Shown piece after piece: positions 50,423 through 60,783 of a stretch of 64,000 nt of DNA. The position numbers were made by a program, and so were the translations under genes. This DNA is from Nitrospirota bacterium. Lineage in GTDB: Bacteria > Nitrospirota > UBA9217. Below the pieces are notes generated by a model. It did not search any database. It was not told where the DNA came from and saw only the letters and a program-made list of their open reading frames with translations. Location: contig CAVUHW010000020.1 of the NCBI GenBank assembly GCA_963741205.1, positions 224,001-288,000 of the forward strand. Direction: 5' to 3'. Positions within the stretch are counted from its first letter, which is position 1. Every line of letters begins with the position of its first letter.

Positions 50423-51667
50423 TCAATTGAATCCGAATCCGATCTGAAATGCCGCGAACCTGCCCATGAAGTTTTCATTGTTTCCGACCGTCAGGCCGAT
50501 TCCGGGGAGATTGATGAGGTTGATGAAATAATAGGCCCCGATCCCATAGGCCGAGTAGTTCGAACCGTTGCCTTCGAAGAACGGCTTATAAACGCCGTAA
50601 TCAATGAACGGGGCCACGGTGATCGTGCCATGGCTCCGCTGCGCCAGAGGGATCTGGTAATCCGCCGACGCGGCGACGACCTCGCGCGTCCAGAGTCCCC
50701 CCGGTTGAATACCCCGGTAGCCCTTGGCACGTCCGTAGGTTGACACATCCCCGACAGATGCCCCGGTCTGGCGCGCGGCGTGCAGTCCAAGCTGCAGGGC
50801 ATGCTTCCCGAATATGAGTTTGTCCCAGTCAAGTCCTGCGGTCGTGTTCGAGACGTGTTCGCCTTCATCGGACCGGTGCACCTGACGGTTCCAGGCAATG
50901 GTTGCGGAAAACCCGTCGCTATAGAAAAGCTTGTAGTCCGCGTTTCGATAAACGGCCCGTGCGCCAACGCCCCAGGAGTAGTAGTCCTGCGGAACGGGAA
51001 AGGATTCCAGTTGAGAGTACCTTTTCCCTGTGTAGTTCATTGACACGGAAGTCTGAAGGCGCTGCGTGATCCGGTATCCCGGGGACAGGGTGAACCCTTC
51101 TTCGATTTTATGATAGCTGTACAGGACCGTCTTTTTCTCGAAGGCTTCCGCATCGATGTTCGATCTGATTGCCATAACGTTGCAGGTGAAGTCGCTGAGC
51201 ATCACCGAAGGGTCAATATACATAAGCGTAAAGCTGTTGCCTTCCGTCGACACGGCCCCGCCGGCCACGACGATCTTGCCGTAGCCGAGAAAATTGGATT
51301 CGTAGAGGAAGGCCCCTGCGGACCGTGTGCCGTTGGAGGCGAAGACGTTCGGTACGGGGATCAGGGTCCAGCGTTCCGAGACCTTGACGTTGATCTCGGG
51401 TTCCTTGACCGAGACCTCGACCTGGGAAAAGATCCGGGTATTCGTGAGGCACTGTCCCAGCTTCGCTGAGTCTACAGCGTCCCACGCGCGGTAATCATCT
51501 TTTTCAAGGCATTTTTCGACCAGGGACTCGATATAGCGGTCCTTGGTCCTTGTGGCCCCTTCGACGTGAACAATAACCTCGCCCAGGTACTCGTTTCCGA
51601 TCGAGGCCGACGACGCCGGAGGCAGCAGCCACAAAATCATCGTAATTATAAGCAGCTGTTTCATCAC
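50423..51667 (-). CDS. Omp85/BamA-like outer membrane protein with one POTRA-like domain
   Basis: Signal peptide; VEGATRTK; VKVSERW; ESNFLGYG; YRG motif; C-terminal GFGFN. Confidence 0.75.
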   Translation of the reverse strand: MMKQLLIITMILWLLPPASSASIGNEYLGEVIVHVEGATRTKDRYIESLVEKCLEKDDYRAWDAVDSAKLGQCLTNTRIFSQVEVSVKEPEINVKVSERWTLIPVPNVFASNGTRSAGAFLYESNFLGYGKIVVAGGAVSTEGNSFTLMYIDPSVMLSDFTCNVMAIRSNIDAEAFEKKTVLYSYHKIEEGFTLSPGYRITQRLQTSVSMNYTGKRYSQLESFPVPQDYYSWGVGARAVYRNADYKLFYSDGFSATIAWNRQVHRSDEGEHVSNTTAGLDWDKLIFGKHALQLGLHAARQTGASVGDVSTYGRAKGYRGIQPGGLWTREVVAASADYQIPLAQRSHGTITVAPFIDYGVYKPFFEGNGSNYSAYGIGAYYFINLINLPGIGLTVGNNENFMGRFAAFQIGFGFN

Positions 51668-51806
51668 TGGATTGCACGCTAGGTTTTACTCTCGTATTTC
51701 GGAAGAAATGATGATGGCAAGTTCGGCTGGCCTGATATAACCAGCCCATGTCGAGCTAAACGAAGAAAACCCGGCAAACTGCCGCCCGTCATCTGTGGAA
51801 GATACG

Positions 51807-52079
51807 CTACGCGAACGCTTTTGCCGGATGGAGTTCGGCCGTTTCGAAGGTGATGAGCCCCGCGCGAACGAACGGGTCCTGATCCACGATCTTCTCCGCC
51901 TCGGCCATGCTGTCCGCCTTGATGACGATCATGCCTCCCCGGTCGCCCCACTTCCCCGCCTGCACGAGAGTTCCCGCGGCGAGTTGCTGCTTCGCCCACT
52001 CCCGGTGTTCGGGAATGACCTTGCCTATGAGCGCCCGGTCCGCGTCGGGCTTAAACTTGTTGATGGACATGAAATACAT
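51807..52079 (-). CDS. YciI family protein
   Basis: EHREW, AGKW, GGMIV, DPFV. Confidence 0.85.
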   Translation of the reverse strand: MYFMSINKFKPDADRALIGKVIPEHREWAKQQLAAGTLVQAGKWGDRGGMIVIKADSMAEAEKIVDQDPFVRAGLITFETAELHPAKAFA

Positions 52080-52629
52080 GGAGACCTCCTCAGTGAAACC
52101 TTGAGTGACGGCCTACATGTGCCGGCTTGACAGGCAGGATTTCCACCACGGTTTTGTCGGCTGAAAGCAGAACGAGTTTCTTAACGTACTCGCCGCTCCA
52201 ACTCCTCCGGCGTGATTCATGTTACACCGTGCGTGCCGATGACGATGTTGATCGTTGGAAAAGTCTCATGCATTGCATTGGCGTAGTTTACCATGAAGTA
52301 TTGGCAGCAGAGCGCCTTGACCAGTTGGAAAAGTGGATGAGCGTCGACGCGGAAAGTCGGTCAAGGCTCTGACGCGCTGAAGAAGCTTGTCTGGACCGGT
52401 AAGCGTAGGACCGCCCGGGCAATTGATGATGCCGGCAAGATTGAGGGGCTGCGCCGCAGGGTGACCTTCGAGATTGCGCCCTTTCGTATTTCTCAAATCT
52501 GACCGGAGGCAGACTCGCTCGAGAACGGTCCGCAAGATGCTTGAGTGGCATTCGGGCAGGCCCAAAGATCTCATCCGAGCCATGAAACTCCTTGCGTGGT
52601 TAAGACCGGTCACCGCAATGACGCCGAGG

Positions 52630-53157
52630 CTAGCGGTGAAAGTGTCTCATCCTGGTTGAATGATTTCTTTCCCGCCAGCGCTCGTCCGCCAGCACCACGG
52701 ATGTCTCCGTCTGGCGCTCGGGGATGGACCAGTATTTCCTAAGGAGGCGCTCTTTTTCTTCCCAGGTAACCAGCTTGAATCCATACCTTTCGTAAAACCT
52801 CACGGCCCAGGTCGCCGCGGCCCATGTGCCCACAAGCGTTGGGCGAGTGATCATCGCCTTGAGATGGTTGATGAGCTTTCCGCCGACACCTTTGTTTCGC
52901 TGTGCGGTCCGAACATAGGCGTGACGGATAAGCGTTACGTCCTGCACATCCTGGATGCCCATGACGCCGATCAAGCGCCCCTGTTCCTCGTACCCCCAGA
53001 ACACAACACCCGCATCGAGCTCATGCCGGAGATATTCACGCGACATGTAGGGTTCGTGCCAGCGGTCAGGGGGGATCACGCCACTGTACGCCCGGGCTGC
53101 ATCGTTGATGATTTCGTACATGGATTCGAAATCATTTTCTGTGCATTTCCTGATCAA
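52630..53157 (-). CDS. GNAT N-acetyltransferase
   Basis: QRNKGVG acetyl-CoA motif; AVRFYERYGF. Confidence 0.9.
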   Translation of the reverse strand: MIRKCTENDFESMYEIINDAARAYSGVIPPDRWHEPYMSREYLRHELDAGVVFWGYEEQGRLIGVMGIQDVQDVTLIRHAYVRTAQRNKGVGGKLINHLKAMITRPTLVGTWAAATWAVRFYERYGFKLVTWEEKERLLRKYWSIPERQTETSVVLADERWRERNHSTRMRHFHR

Positions 53158-53300
53158 GGCTTCCTCACATCACTTCCTTTTGGCCATGTGTCGCATGATC
53201 TCGTCTTGATGGATGCCCACATAAGCACAGCTTGGTGCCGATCCGCATTTTCTGCATGCCATACGATCCGATGAATTATTCAGTCTGTGGCAACACCCGG

Positions 53301-53725
53301 TCAGGATAGGATCTTGTATCCGGCTGCGATCTCGGCGTTGCCTTTCACCATTGCCCAAACGGGGCAGACCGAGTCCTCGGCGAGCTTTATCGCCTTTTGA
53401 ATGTCCGCGTCCTTTACATCGTTTGAATTCACGGTAAACTCCATAATAATATTCTGGAAGGATGTCGGGTCTGGTCGCGCCGCGTCCCTTTTACATTCAC
53501 CGTGATCGCGGAAACGGTCCTCCCCATTTTCCGGAGTAAAAGACCGATCGTACCTCCGCTGCAGGCGCCGAGACTCATGAGCAGCATCTCAAGCGGCAGA
53601 TAGCCCTGTCCGTCCCCGAGCGGTGGGACGTAGTCTATCGAGATCGGGGCGAGCGACCGCAATGCCCCGGTGTAGCCCAGCTTCTGATTCGTTGAATTGA
53701 CCGTGACTTCCAATTGTGCAGCCAT
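53301..53725 (-). CDS. OsmC family protein (frameshifted)
   Basis: PLEMLLMSLGACSG, and VCPVWAMVKG in the second frame. Confidence 0.85.
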
Positions 53726-53807
53726 GATTCCCCTCTCCTTTATGCGGATTATCCGATCACTATTTTTTCGGTTTCAGCTTCGTGACTGATTTTTTTCAAT
53801 CGCGGCA

Positions 53808-54164
53808 TTAATATTTTATCCTCAGCGTTGCGGCTGCCTTACCGAGTCTCCTATCAAGGGTCCAGAGAGGGACATTCGTCAATACTGCCGACGCGAGGAG
53901 ATGGATATCAACGTATCCCAGCCCTTTTCCCATCAGTCGGTTTATCTCGATGAAACGCATCACTTCTTCATGATCAGCAAGTCGAGCGAAGGGGAGTGTG
54001 CCGAGCAGTGAAAGGATTTGTGGCCTGTTTTTCAGGTTGCCGCATGCCAATTCACCGGCGATAAAAGGATGGCAGACGACCTGTCCGCTATTTAACGGTG
54101 TTTCAAGCCCGATCGTTCCGCTTCTGAGATGCTCGACCCAGACTGAGGTATCAACCAGAACCAT
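53808..54164 (-). CDS. vapC: VapC PIN-domain toxin
   Basis: LVDTSVWV, GEL, GYVDIHLLAS, WTLD. Confidence 0.92.
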   Translation of the reverse strand: MVLVDTSVWVEHLRSGTIGLETPLNSGQVVCHPFIAGELACGNLKNRPQILSLLGTLPFARLADHEEVMRFIEINRLMGKGLGYVDIHLLASAVLTNVPLWTLDRRLGKAAATLRIKY

Positions 54165-54165
54165 G

Positions 54166-54306
54166 TTACCTGCCCGCTGTTCGTCGTCGGGGTATCGTTC
54201 CTTTTTCGGACCCGCCCAGACGCGCGAGCGATGTTTTTTCCTTAATGCCGGTCAGCTTCGCAGCCTTGTCGAGCAGTTCGTCCTCGATATTCAATGTCGT
54301 TCGCAC
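54166..54306 (-). CDS. vapB: VapB antitoxin, apparently shortened internally
   Basis: GTG start with AGGAGG RBS; MRTTLNIEDELLDKAAKLTGIKEKT; only 46 aa. Confidence 0.8.
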   Translation of the reverse strand: MRTTLNIEDELLDKAAKLTGIKEKTSLARLGGSEKGTIPRRRTAGR

Positions 54307-54327
54307 GGAGCTCCTCCTGATCATCAG

Positions 54328-54377
54328 ATATGCATGTTCATATGTATAAATATGTATCAACTGCATGCCGGTGTCAA
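54328..54377 (-). promoter_or_regulatory. vapBC promoter with repeated ATATGYAT boxes
   Basis: Minus strand TTGACA(54377)-17 nt-CATATT; ATATGCAT/ATATGTAT/ATATGTAT at 10-12 bp spacing. Confidence 0.55.
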
Positions 54378-54742
54378 GAGTTTTTTGCGTCTCGGCGCAC
54401 GGTCTCCGGGGAGAAAGCCGGCACGCATACCGCAATATATTCAGCACCGCCGGCATAGGGTGTGCTGTATTGGACCCATTCTCCGGCATCCGTGATGATC
54501 GCTTGGCCCGCGGAAACTTCCAGTTCCTTGTCTTTCAGTTTCACCTTAAGTGTGCCCCGGAGGACCACGGTATACTCGCTGAACTCCGGTGTCTGGCCTG
54601 GCTCCGACCATCCTGCAGGGCTTGTCATCCTGGCGATGCTGACCTCGGAATTCCGTGAATTCACCCTCCCGATGAACTCCTCGATCTGCTTCGGCGGACT
54701 GCCCGCGGCCTGGATCACGATTGGCTTCTGGATGTGTTTCAT
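54374..54742 (-). CDS. Cupin domain protein
   Basis: PKQIEEFIGRVN, WSEPGQTPEFSEY, EWVQYSTP. Confidence 0.85.
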   Translation of the reverse strand: MKHIQKPIVIQAAGSPPKQIEEFIGRVNSRNSEVSIARMTSPAGWSEPGQTPEFSEYTVVLRGTLKVKLKDKELEVSAGQAIITDAGEWVQYSTPYAGGAEYIAVCVPAFSPETVRRDAKNS

Positions 54743-54847
54743 GTTCCTCCTTCCGGTAATGTTATCATCGTGCATTCACTGCATCTCATGCTTTGACAGG
54801 ATGATGATCCCTTGATTGCCTCTGTGAGCCTGCAGGGAATGTATCCT

Positions 54848-55297
54848 TCAATTTTTCTGCCTTTTGTACACCTCCGGATTCAGGATCACCATCAATCTTT
54901 CCATGGCCGGCGTCTCCGCAACTTTTTTAAAACCGTACTTCCGGTACAGGTCATGGGCGTCCTTTGTCCCGAGGAACCACAGACGCAGGCCCTCAAGCTC
55001 GGGGTGATCCACGATGGCTTTGACGAGCCTTTTTCCGAGCCCCCTGCCCCGGTAGGATTCTATGATAAAGACATCGCCCACGTAGGCGGTCGTGGCGTAA
55101 TCCGTCACGACCCTGGCAAAGCCCACCTGCCTGCCCTGATGGTACACGCCGAAGCAGAGCGAATTATCGATGGACTTCTTCATCACCTCCAGGGGGATTC
55201 CCTTGGCCCAATAGGACTCGTTCGCGAGAAAATTGTGCACCATTGAAAGATCAAACCGCTTTTTGTCCGTGCTTATTTCGTATTCGTCTTCGTTCAT
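54848..55297 (-). CDS. GNAT N-acetyltransferase
   Basis: SYWA, GFARVVTD, YRGRGLGK, DAHDLYRKYGF. Confidence 0.92.
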   Translation of the reverse strand: MNEDEYEISTDKKRFDLSMVHNFLANESYWAKGIPLEVMKKSIDNSLCFGVYHQGRQVGFARVVTDYATTAYVGDVFIIESYRGRGLGKRLVKAIVDHPELEGLRLWFLGTKDAHDLYRKYGFKKVAETPAMERLMVILNPEVYKRQKN

Positions 55298-55316
55298 GTC
55301 GGCTCCTTTCTCCGCA

Positions 55317-56213
55317 TCAAGCCAGCTTGCGCCTGATGAACTGGCCGACCTTTTCAAGAGCCCGTTGTCCTTCCGGCAGCTGGGGCGCGAACGCGTGCCA
55401 CGCATGCCACATGCCCTCCCAGACGTCCAGCGTCACCTCAACGCCGTCGGCCTTTGCCCGCTCGGCGACGCGTGTTGAATCGTCGAGCATGACCTCATCA
55501 CTGCCGACATGGATAAGCAGCGGCGGCAGACCATGAAGATCAGCGTAAAGCGGAGAAATAAGCGGATGGCGCAGATCCGCCCCCTTGGCATAGAGCCGGG
55601 CATGGTATTGATTCATGTGCGGGGTAATCCAGGGATCGGCTTCGGCGCGGGTGGTCATTGATTCACCGGTGCCTGCGAGGTCGGTCCAGGGCGACAGAAG
55701 CACCGCGCATGCCGGAAGAGCAATGACCGCATCGCGCAGCGTGACCAGCGTGGACAGGGCCAGGCCGCCTCCGGCAGAGACTCCCACGATGGTAATATGG
55801 CGAGGCAGGATGCCCTGGTCAAGCAGCCAGCGATAAGCGGCTGTTGCATCTTCCAGGGCGGCGGGGAAAGGATGTTCCGGGGCCAAACGGTAACCGATGG
55901 CCAGGGCACGATATCCTGAAACAGCCGAGAGAATAGAGGCTATGCCATGAACCGATTTGCTCGTGCCCATGGTATAGCCCCCGCCGTGCAGGCAGAGTAT
56001 GCATTTATCCGTAGCCGCATCGGGAGCGCTTACCCACTCGCCCGGCACGCCGCCTGCCATGATCGGTTCAACCCGTGTTGCCGCGGCTAAGGTCCTTCGG
56101 CTTGCCAGCATGTTGAGTCTGTCCCGCGCCTCCTCGATTGAGGACGGAGGAGGAGCGTTTTTCATGTTCTGAATCAGCCAGAGACGTATTTGATTGCTTT
56201 CCGGGCTTAACAT
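55317..56213 (-). CDS. Alpha/beta hydrolase (HSL-family esterase)
   Basis: HGGG, YRLAPEHPFPA, GVSAGG, catalytic His in GMWH. Confidence 0.93.
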   Translation of the reverse strand: MLSPESNQIRLWLIQNMKNAPPPSSIEEARDRLNMLASRRTLAAATRVEPIMAGGVPGEWVSAPDAATDKCILCLHGGGYTMGTSKSVHGIASILSAVSGYRALAIGYRLAPEHPFPAALEDATAAYRWLLDQGILPRHITIVGVSAGGGLALSTLVTLRDAVIALPACAVLLSPWTDLAGTGESMTTRAEADPWITPHMNQYHARLYAKGADLRHPLISPLYADLHGLPPLLIHVGSDEVMLDDSTRVAERAKADGVEVTLDVWEGMWHAWHAFAPQLPEGQRALEKVGQFIRRKLA

Positions 56214-56282
56214 GATTTGTATCTCCGTGGCATGATTGGGTCTAACACCATCCTTAATGAAGTCGTAAAAAGTCGGATTAAA

Positions 56283-56360
56283 CCACAGAGTCACGGAGGG
56301 CACGGAGAATAATCTTTTATTATCAATACCACTTTCTCCGTGTCTCCGTGTCTCCGTGGT
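56283..56360. repeat. Octamer inverted repeat (CACRGAGn)n...(TCTCCGTG)n
   Basis: CACAGAGT CACGGAGG GCACGGAGA ... TCTCCGTG x3. Confidence 0.75.
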
Positions 56361-56416
56361 GGATCTTGACTCTTTACGAGACTATCATCCTTAGTCTGCT
56401 GCCATACGCCCAATCG

Positions 56417-57607
56417 TTATGCCGATTTTCGCAAGAGCTCCCGGATTGCTGCGCCCAAACGGCTGATGCCGATCTCGATGGTTTTTTCGTCCACGCACGA
56501 AAAATTGAGCCGCATGGTTCTGGTCTTCGTTTTCTTGACGTAGAACGGGTCGCCCGGAACGAATATGACCTTGTCCTTGACCGCGAGTTCGAACAGCTCA
56601 AGCGAGGTCGCGCCTTGCGGCAATTCAGCCCAGAGAAACATCCCTCCCTCTGGCGTGGTGTGCGCGACATTGGCGGGAAAGTGCTTCCGGATGCCTGCTA
56701 TCATTGCCCGGCATTGATTCCCATAGGCAGTTCGAATCTTGTTTATATGGCCGTCAAGGTCGTTGTCCTTTAAATACTGATAGATGATGGCCTGGGTAAA
56801 ATGGCTCGTATGAAGGTCGGCTGCCTGCTTCGCGATGATCAGCTTCTCCATGATGCGCTTCGGCGCCACGATCCACCCCAGGCGGAATCCCGGGACAATG
56901 ATTTTGGAAAAAGAACCAAGCATGACAGCATTGTCCGGCAAGAGCTCTTTGAAGGACTTTTTCGCTTCGCCCTCGAACCTCAACTCTCCGTAAGGATCGT
57001 CTTCGATCAGGAGCGTTTTTGAGCCTTGAAGGATTTCCGACACCTCGGTCCTGTTCTCTCGCGAATAGGATATGCCCGATGGGTTCTGAAAGTTCGGGAC
57101 CGCGTACATGAGCTTCGGCTTTTCCGAGGACATCACCTTCCGCAGTTTCGCCCTGTCCATTCCCTCTTCGGAAACCGGGACAGGGAGAAACTTCGGCTGG
57201 TAGATCGAAAACGCCTGGATAGCCCCGAGGTATCCGGGTTCCTCGATGATCAGGCTGTCGCCGCAGTTCAGCAGAATCTTCCCTAAAAGGTCCAGACCCT
57301 GCTGAGAACCGCTGGTGATCAGGATATCCTCGACGGATATGTCGAGCTTTTGCTTGTAACGATACCGCTCAGCGATATATTCCCGGAGTTTCAGATACCC
57401 TTCAGAGTTGCTGTACTGAAAGATGTCCCTGCCGTGTATACTGAAAACCTTATCGGTCGCTGCCTTCAGCTCTTCAGCGGGAAAAAGATCCCTGTTGGGC
57501 AGTCCTCCGGCAAAGGAGATCACCCCGGGATCGAGGGCGACCTTCAGTATTTCGCGGATGAACGAGCGCGGAACATCGGTAATTCTGTCTGAAAATAAAC
57601 TGTCCAT
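56417..57607 (-). CDS. PLP-dependent aminotransferase class I/II (LysN/MocR-like, no HTH)
   Basis: SFAGGLP, GSQQ, FQNPSG, EDDPY, GSFSKIIVPGFRLG. Confidence 0.93.
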   Translation of the reverse strand: MDSLFSDRITDVPRSFIREILKVALDPGVISFAGGLPNRDLFPAEELKAATDKVFSIHGRDIFQYSNSEGYLKLREYIAERYRYKQKLDISVEDILITSGSQQGLDLLGKILLNCGDSLIIEEPGYLGAIQAFSIYQPKFLPVPVSEEGMDRAKLRKVMSSEKPKLMYAVPNFQNPSGISYSRENRTEVSEILQGSKTLLIEDDPYGELRFEGEAKKSFKELLPDNAVMLGSFSKIIVPGFRLGWIVAPKRIMEKLIIAKQAADLHTSHFTQAIIYQYLKDNDLDGHINKIRTAYGNQCRAMIAGIRKHFPANVAHTTPEGGMFLWAELPQGATSLELFELAVKDKVIFVPGDPFYVKKTKTRTMRLNFSCVDEKTIEIGISRLGAAIRELLRKSA

Positions 57608-57667
57608 TGAATTCCCTTATGGTTATTCTCAGTGTGACAATTGGTGATTTCGCAAAATATTAATATC

Positions 57668-57756
57668 CACCACGGAGACACGGAAAAACGGAGAAACGGA
57701 GAAAAAATTTAAATAAATTACGTGGTTTCCTTCGTGACCTCTGTGACTCAGTGGTT
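57668..57756. repeat. Octamer inverted repeat related to the 56283 element
   Basis: CACGGAGA CACGGAAA AACGGAGA AACGGAGA ... TTCGTGAC CTCTGTGA CTCAGTGG. Confidence 0.65.
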
Positions 57757-57870
57757 AAGTCAGATTTATTACGAATTCATCCCAAATTATCCCGTTCTTT
57801 TTGTGAGTGTACCAGAAGGTTAAAGAAAAACAAGCATAAATTGGCAAAGCGGTCCCGGACTGCCGCCTCT

Positions 57871-59001
57871 TTATTTTTTCATCGCCTTCTCCATGTCATC
57901 GATGAGATCATCCACCTGCTCAATACCCACGGACAGCCTCAACAGCGAGTCGGAGATCCCAATCCTCTTGCGCTCAGTGGCCGTAATTTTGGCGTGTGAC
58001 GTTACGGCTGGAGCGCAGATAGTCGATTCGACGCCCCCAAGGCTGACCGCCGGTTTGATGAGACGCAGCTCTCGTATGAAACGGTCGGGGTTGACTTTTG
58101 CTTCATCCAATTCAAACGACAGCATTGGCCCGAAACCGCTCATTTGCGATTTCGCCATTTTGTGGTACGCGGAACTCACGAGGCCCGGATAGTTCACGCG
58201 ACGGACGTTGCCATTTTGTTCCAGATAACGGGCGATTCGGCCGGCGTTCTCGGTCTGTCGCTCCACCCGGATTGCAAGCGTTTTCAGGCTGCGTTCGAGC
58301 AGAGCGCACGTGGCTGCATTCAGGCTTCCGCCCAGGTTCCGCGCCACGTTGCGTATGCGCTCCGCCTTTTCCCGCGACGTGACGGCGATGCCGCAGCAGA
58401 TGTCGCTGTGCCCGCCCAGGTATTTCGTACCGCTGTGGACCACAACGTCGATGCCGAGTGAAATCGGGTTTTGATAAAGCGGCGTCGCGAACGTGTTGTC
58501 GATAATGGTCAGCACGTTCCGCTCCCGCGCGAAAGCCGCGACCTTCCTGATGTCGATCACGCTCAAAAGAGGGTTGGTGGGCGACTCGATGACGATGACC
58601 CGGGTATTCTCTTTGACTGCGCCGCAAAGGTCATCGGCATCGGTCGCGGCGAAGGTGTATTCCATGCCGAGCCGTGGGAACTGTTCGGTTGCGAACGCGT
58701 GCGTCCCGCCGTAAAGCTCGTCCATCATCACGACGTTGTCGCCTGCGCCCGCAAAAGCAAGGATGGTCGAGCTCATCGCGGCCATGCCGGAGCTGAAGAG
58801 TACGCCGTCTTCGGCGTCCTCCAGGGCGCATACCTTCTCAACCACGGCATTCTGGTTCGGTGTGTTAAAATAACGCGGATAGGAGACAGATTCGCGGTCG
58901 AGATACCCGAAGGCCGATGACGTGAATATGGGCGAGTTCACCCCGCCGGTCAAAGGGTCATTGATCGCGCCGCTATGTACGCATTGTGTCTCTTTATTCA
59001 T
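57871..59001 (-). CDS. Cystathionine gamma-lyase/beta-lyase family PLP enzyme
   Basis: FSSGMAA, ESPTNP, DNTFATP, HSGTKYLGGHSD, SLGGVES, LRLSVGIE. Confidence 0.93.
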   Translation of the reverse strand: MNKETQCVHSGAINDPLTGGVNSPIFTSSAFGYLDRESVSYPRYFNTPNQNAVVEKVCALEDAEDGVLFSSGMAAMSSTILAFAGAGDNVVMMDELYGGTHAFATEQFPRLGMEYTFAATDADDLCGAVKENTRVIVIESPTNPLLSVIDIRKVAAFARERNVLTIIDNTFATPLYQNPISLGIDVVVHSGTKYLGGHSDICCGIAVTSREKAERIRNVARNLGGSLNAATCALLERSLKTLAIRVERQTENAGRIARYLEQNGNVRRVNYPGLVSSAYHKMAKSQMSGFGPMLSFELDEAKVNPDRFIRELRLIKPAVSLGGVESTICAPAVTSHAKITATERKRIGISDSLLRLSVGIEQVDDLIDDMEKAMKK

Positions 59002-59602
59002 ATCAAACCTCCATTATTCCTGCATTTTCTATATTTCAGCAGCGCATCAATACCCTTCCGGCTTCAAAGCGATCGAGGGCCTTTCCCTAGCCGGTTGGCA
59101 CTTGAAAGGGTATTTTCAGCGCGTGTATGTTTTTTGTCACCTGCATATTCATTCTCCTTTCCGGATACGGGAATGACACGTTGTGGTGTAATAAAAAAGG
59201 CCGCGGAGTTTATTATCCGTGGCCTTGTGGGTGTTTGCTATTCTATCGTCAGTGCAAAAAGTTAATAGAATCCCCCTCCAGCCACGGCGTATTTACGCCA
59301 TGCTGCCATCAGAACATGCTTACGGGTGAGGAGATTCATAATGATCATGGGATGAATATAGAAAATATGTGTGGAGGTGTCAAGTTATTTTTCCCCCATC
59401 AATCGCCTTTTTGTGTCCGAAGCACCGTGTCAGAAAGCTCAGGCAGCCGTAAGCCATGAACAAAAGCGCGGAAAGAGTCGGCTCTTGATTTACCGCTGTT
59501 TTTCCGGGACATCAAAATTCAATCAGCGGAGTCTCGCTCTACAGCATATTTTGATCAATCGTCCCAATGGGAAAATCAACTTTTTCCAGGAAGAGTCTAA
59601 AC

Positions 59603-59648
59603 GATGGAGAGATGGGAAATCGTGAATTTCCATCACCATCTCTCCATC
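59603..59648. repeat. Inverted repeat GATGGAGAGATGG...CCATCTCTCCATC
   Basis: Perfect 13-bp arms just downstream of the 59667-59885 ORF. Confidence 0.6.
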
Positions 59649-59666
59649 ATAAAGACTGAAGAAATA

Positions 59667-59885
59667 CTAGGCGTGGTTGTGGCGGCTGACACTAAGATCG
59701 AGGTGATGGTAGCGCAGCATATGGGTTACTTCGTATGCTATAGTGCCCAACACCGGCACAACAACCAGCGCGAACAGGAATACTTCGGTCGAACCGTATT
59801 CGTTCATGGCTTGGGGCAGGGTACCTCTCAGCCCAAAAAGCGCCATCGCGCAAAAAGTAAAAATTGTTATCAACGTGTCTATCAT
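59667..59885 (-). CDS. Small two-TM hypothetical protein
   Basis: AGGAGG RBS; two hydrophobic segments; lower-GC region. Confidence 0.55.
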   Translation of the reverse strand: MIDTLITIFTFCAMALFGLRGTLPQAMNEYGSTEVFLFALVVVPVLGTIAYEVTHMLRYHHLDLSVSRHNHA

Positions 59886-60161
59886 ATTTTGTCCTCCTTC
59901 AAACCTTCATGCGAGCACTTCCTGTAATTAATAATAGCTCTAATTTACTCGATATTCCATAATCCTTAGGTTTGTATGGAAAATCCATGTTTCTCGGGCT
60001 TGCAGCGAATAACCATAAAAAAAACAGGCAAATTGCCTTGCCTGTTTCGGAGCCTCCTGCATATTCAAAGGATGATTTATAAATGCCGGGAATATTGTCT
60101 TACTTTTTGCTTATGCGCCGATGCAAAATATTCTTTTCCTGGGACGGTCCGGATTACCGAA

Positions 60162-60756
60162 TCAGCTGTCCCTTTCAAAGCACGGGATGCACACGATCTT
60201 GCCGCTTTTAACCCGTCCGCGGGATTCCATGAATTTCTCGCCACAGATCGCGCACCGCATTGAGCCGCGTATCCTCGCCTCATGAGGGGGCGCTGTTGTG
60301 ATCTCGGTGATGGTCATGATATCTTTTTCATCAGCAGCCAGAATCGCCGCGGTCTTTTCCATCTTGTACGTCCTGGATCTCGCGGGTCACGTCCTCCCCG
60401 GCGTCCTGGCGTTTTTTAAGTTCAGGGAACCGTTTATCTCCTTCGAGCCCGCGAAAATCCTCGGAGATGCGGACGCCTCTGCCGGTGCGCCGGTTAAAGA
60501 TGGTGTAGACGTGTTTCCCAAAGTCGCGGAAGATGAGATTGCCCTTGCCGAAGGTGCAGCCGGTGATGAACTGAATGGCGTCGGCTGCGCAGGAATCATT
60601 CTCCACCACGGCGACAAGCTCTTCATCCTGAGGGCGGTCGGCCTTAAGCTCCCGGAGCGCGGCCTTAGCCACCCGGTAACCGAGCGCGAGACCGGGGCAG
60701 AGGTGGCCGTGGAACTGTACGACGTCTCTCAGGTCTTCTGTGGATATATTCTGCAT
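60162..60756 (-). CDS. FmdE family protein with C-terminal zinc finger (frameshifted)
   Basis: FHGHLCPGLALG, CAADAIQFITGCTFGKGNL, CAICGE...CIPC. Confidence 0.9.
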
Positions 60757-60783
60757 AACCGACTCCTTATCGGTAACAATACT

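Noticed and set aside
52090-52625. Possible genes between yciI and the GNAT (ORFs 52266-52613, 52288-52551)
   Set aside because: No clear RBS or recognisable motif; may be degraded sequence, so not called.
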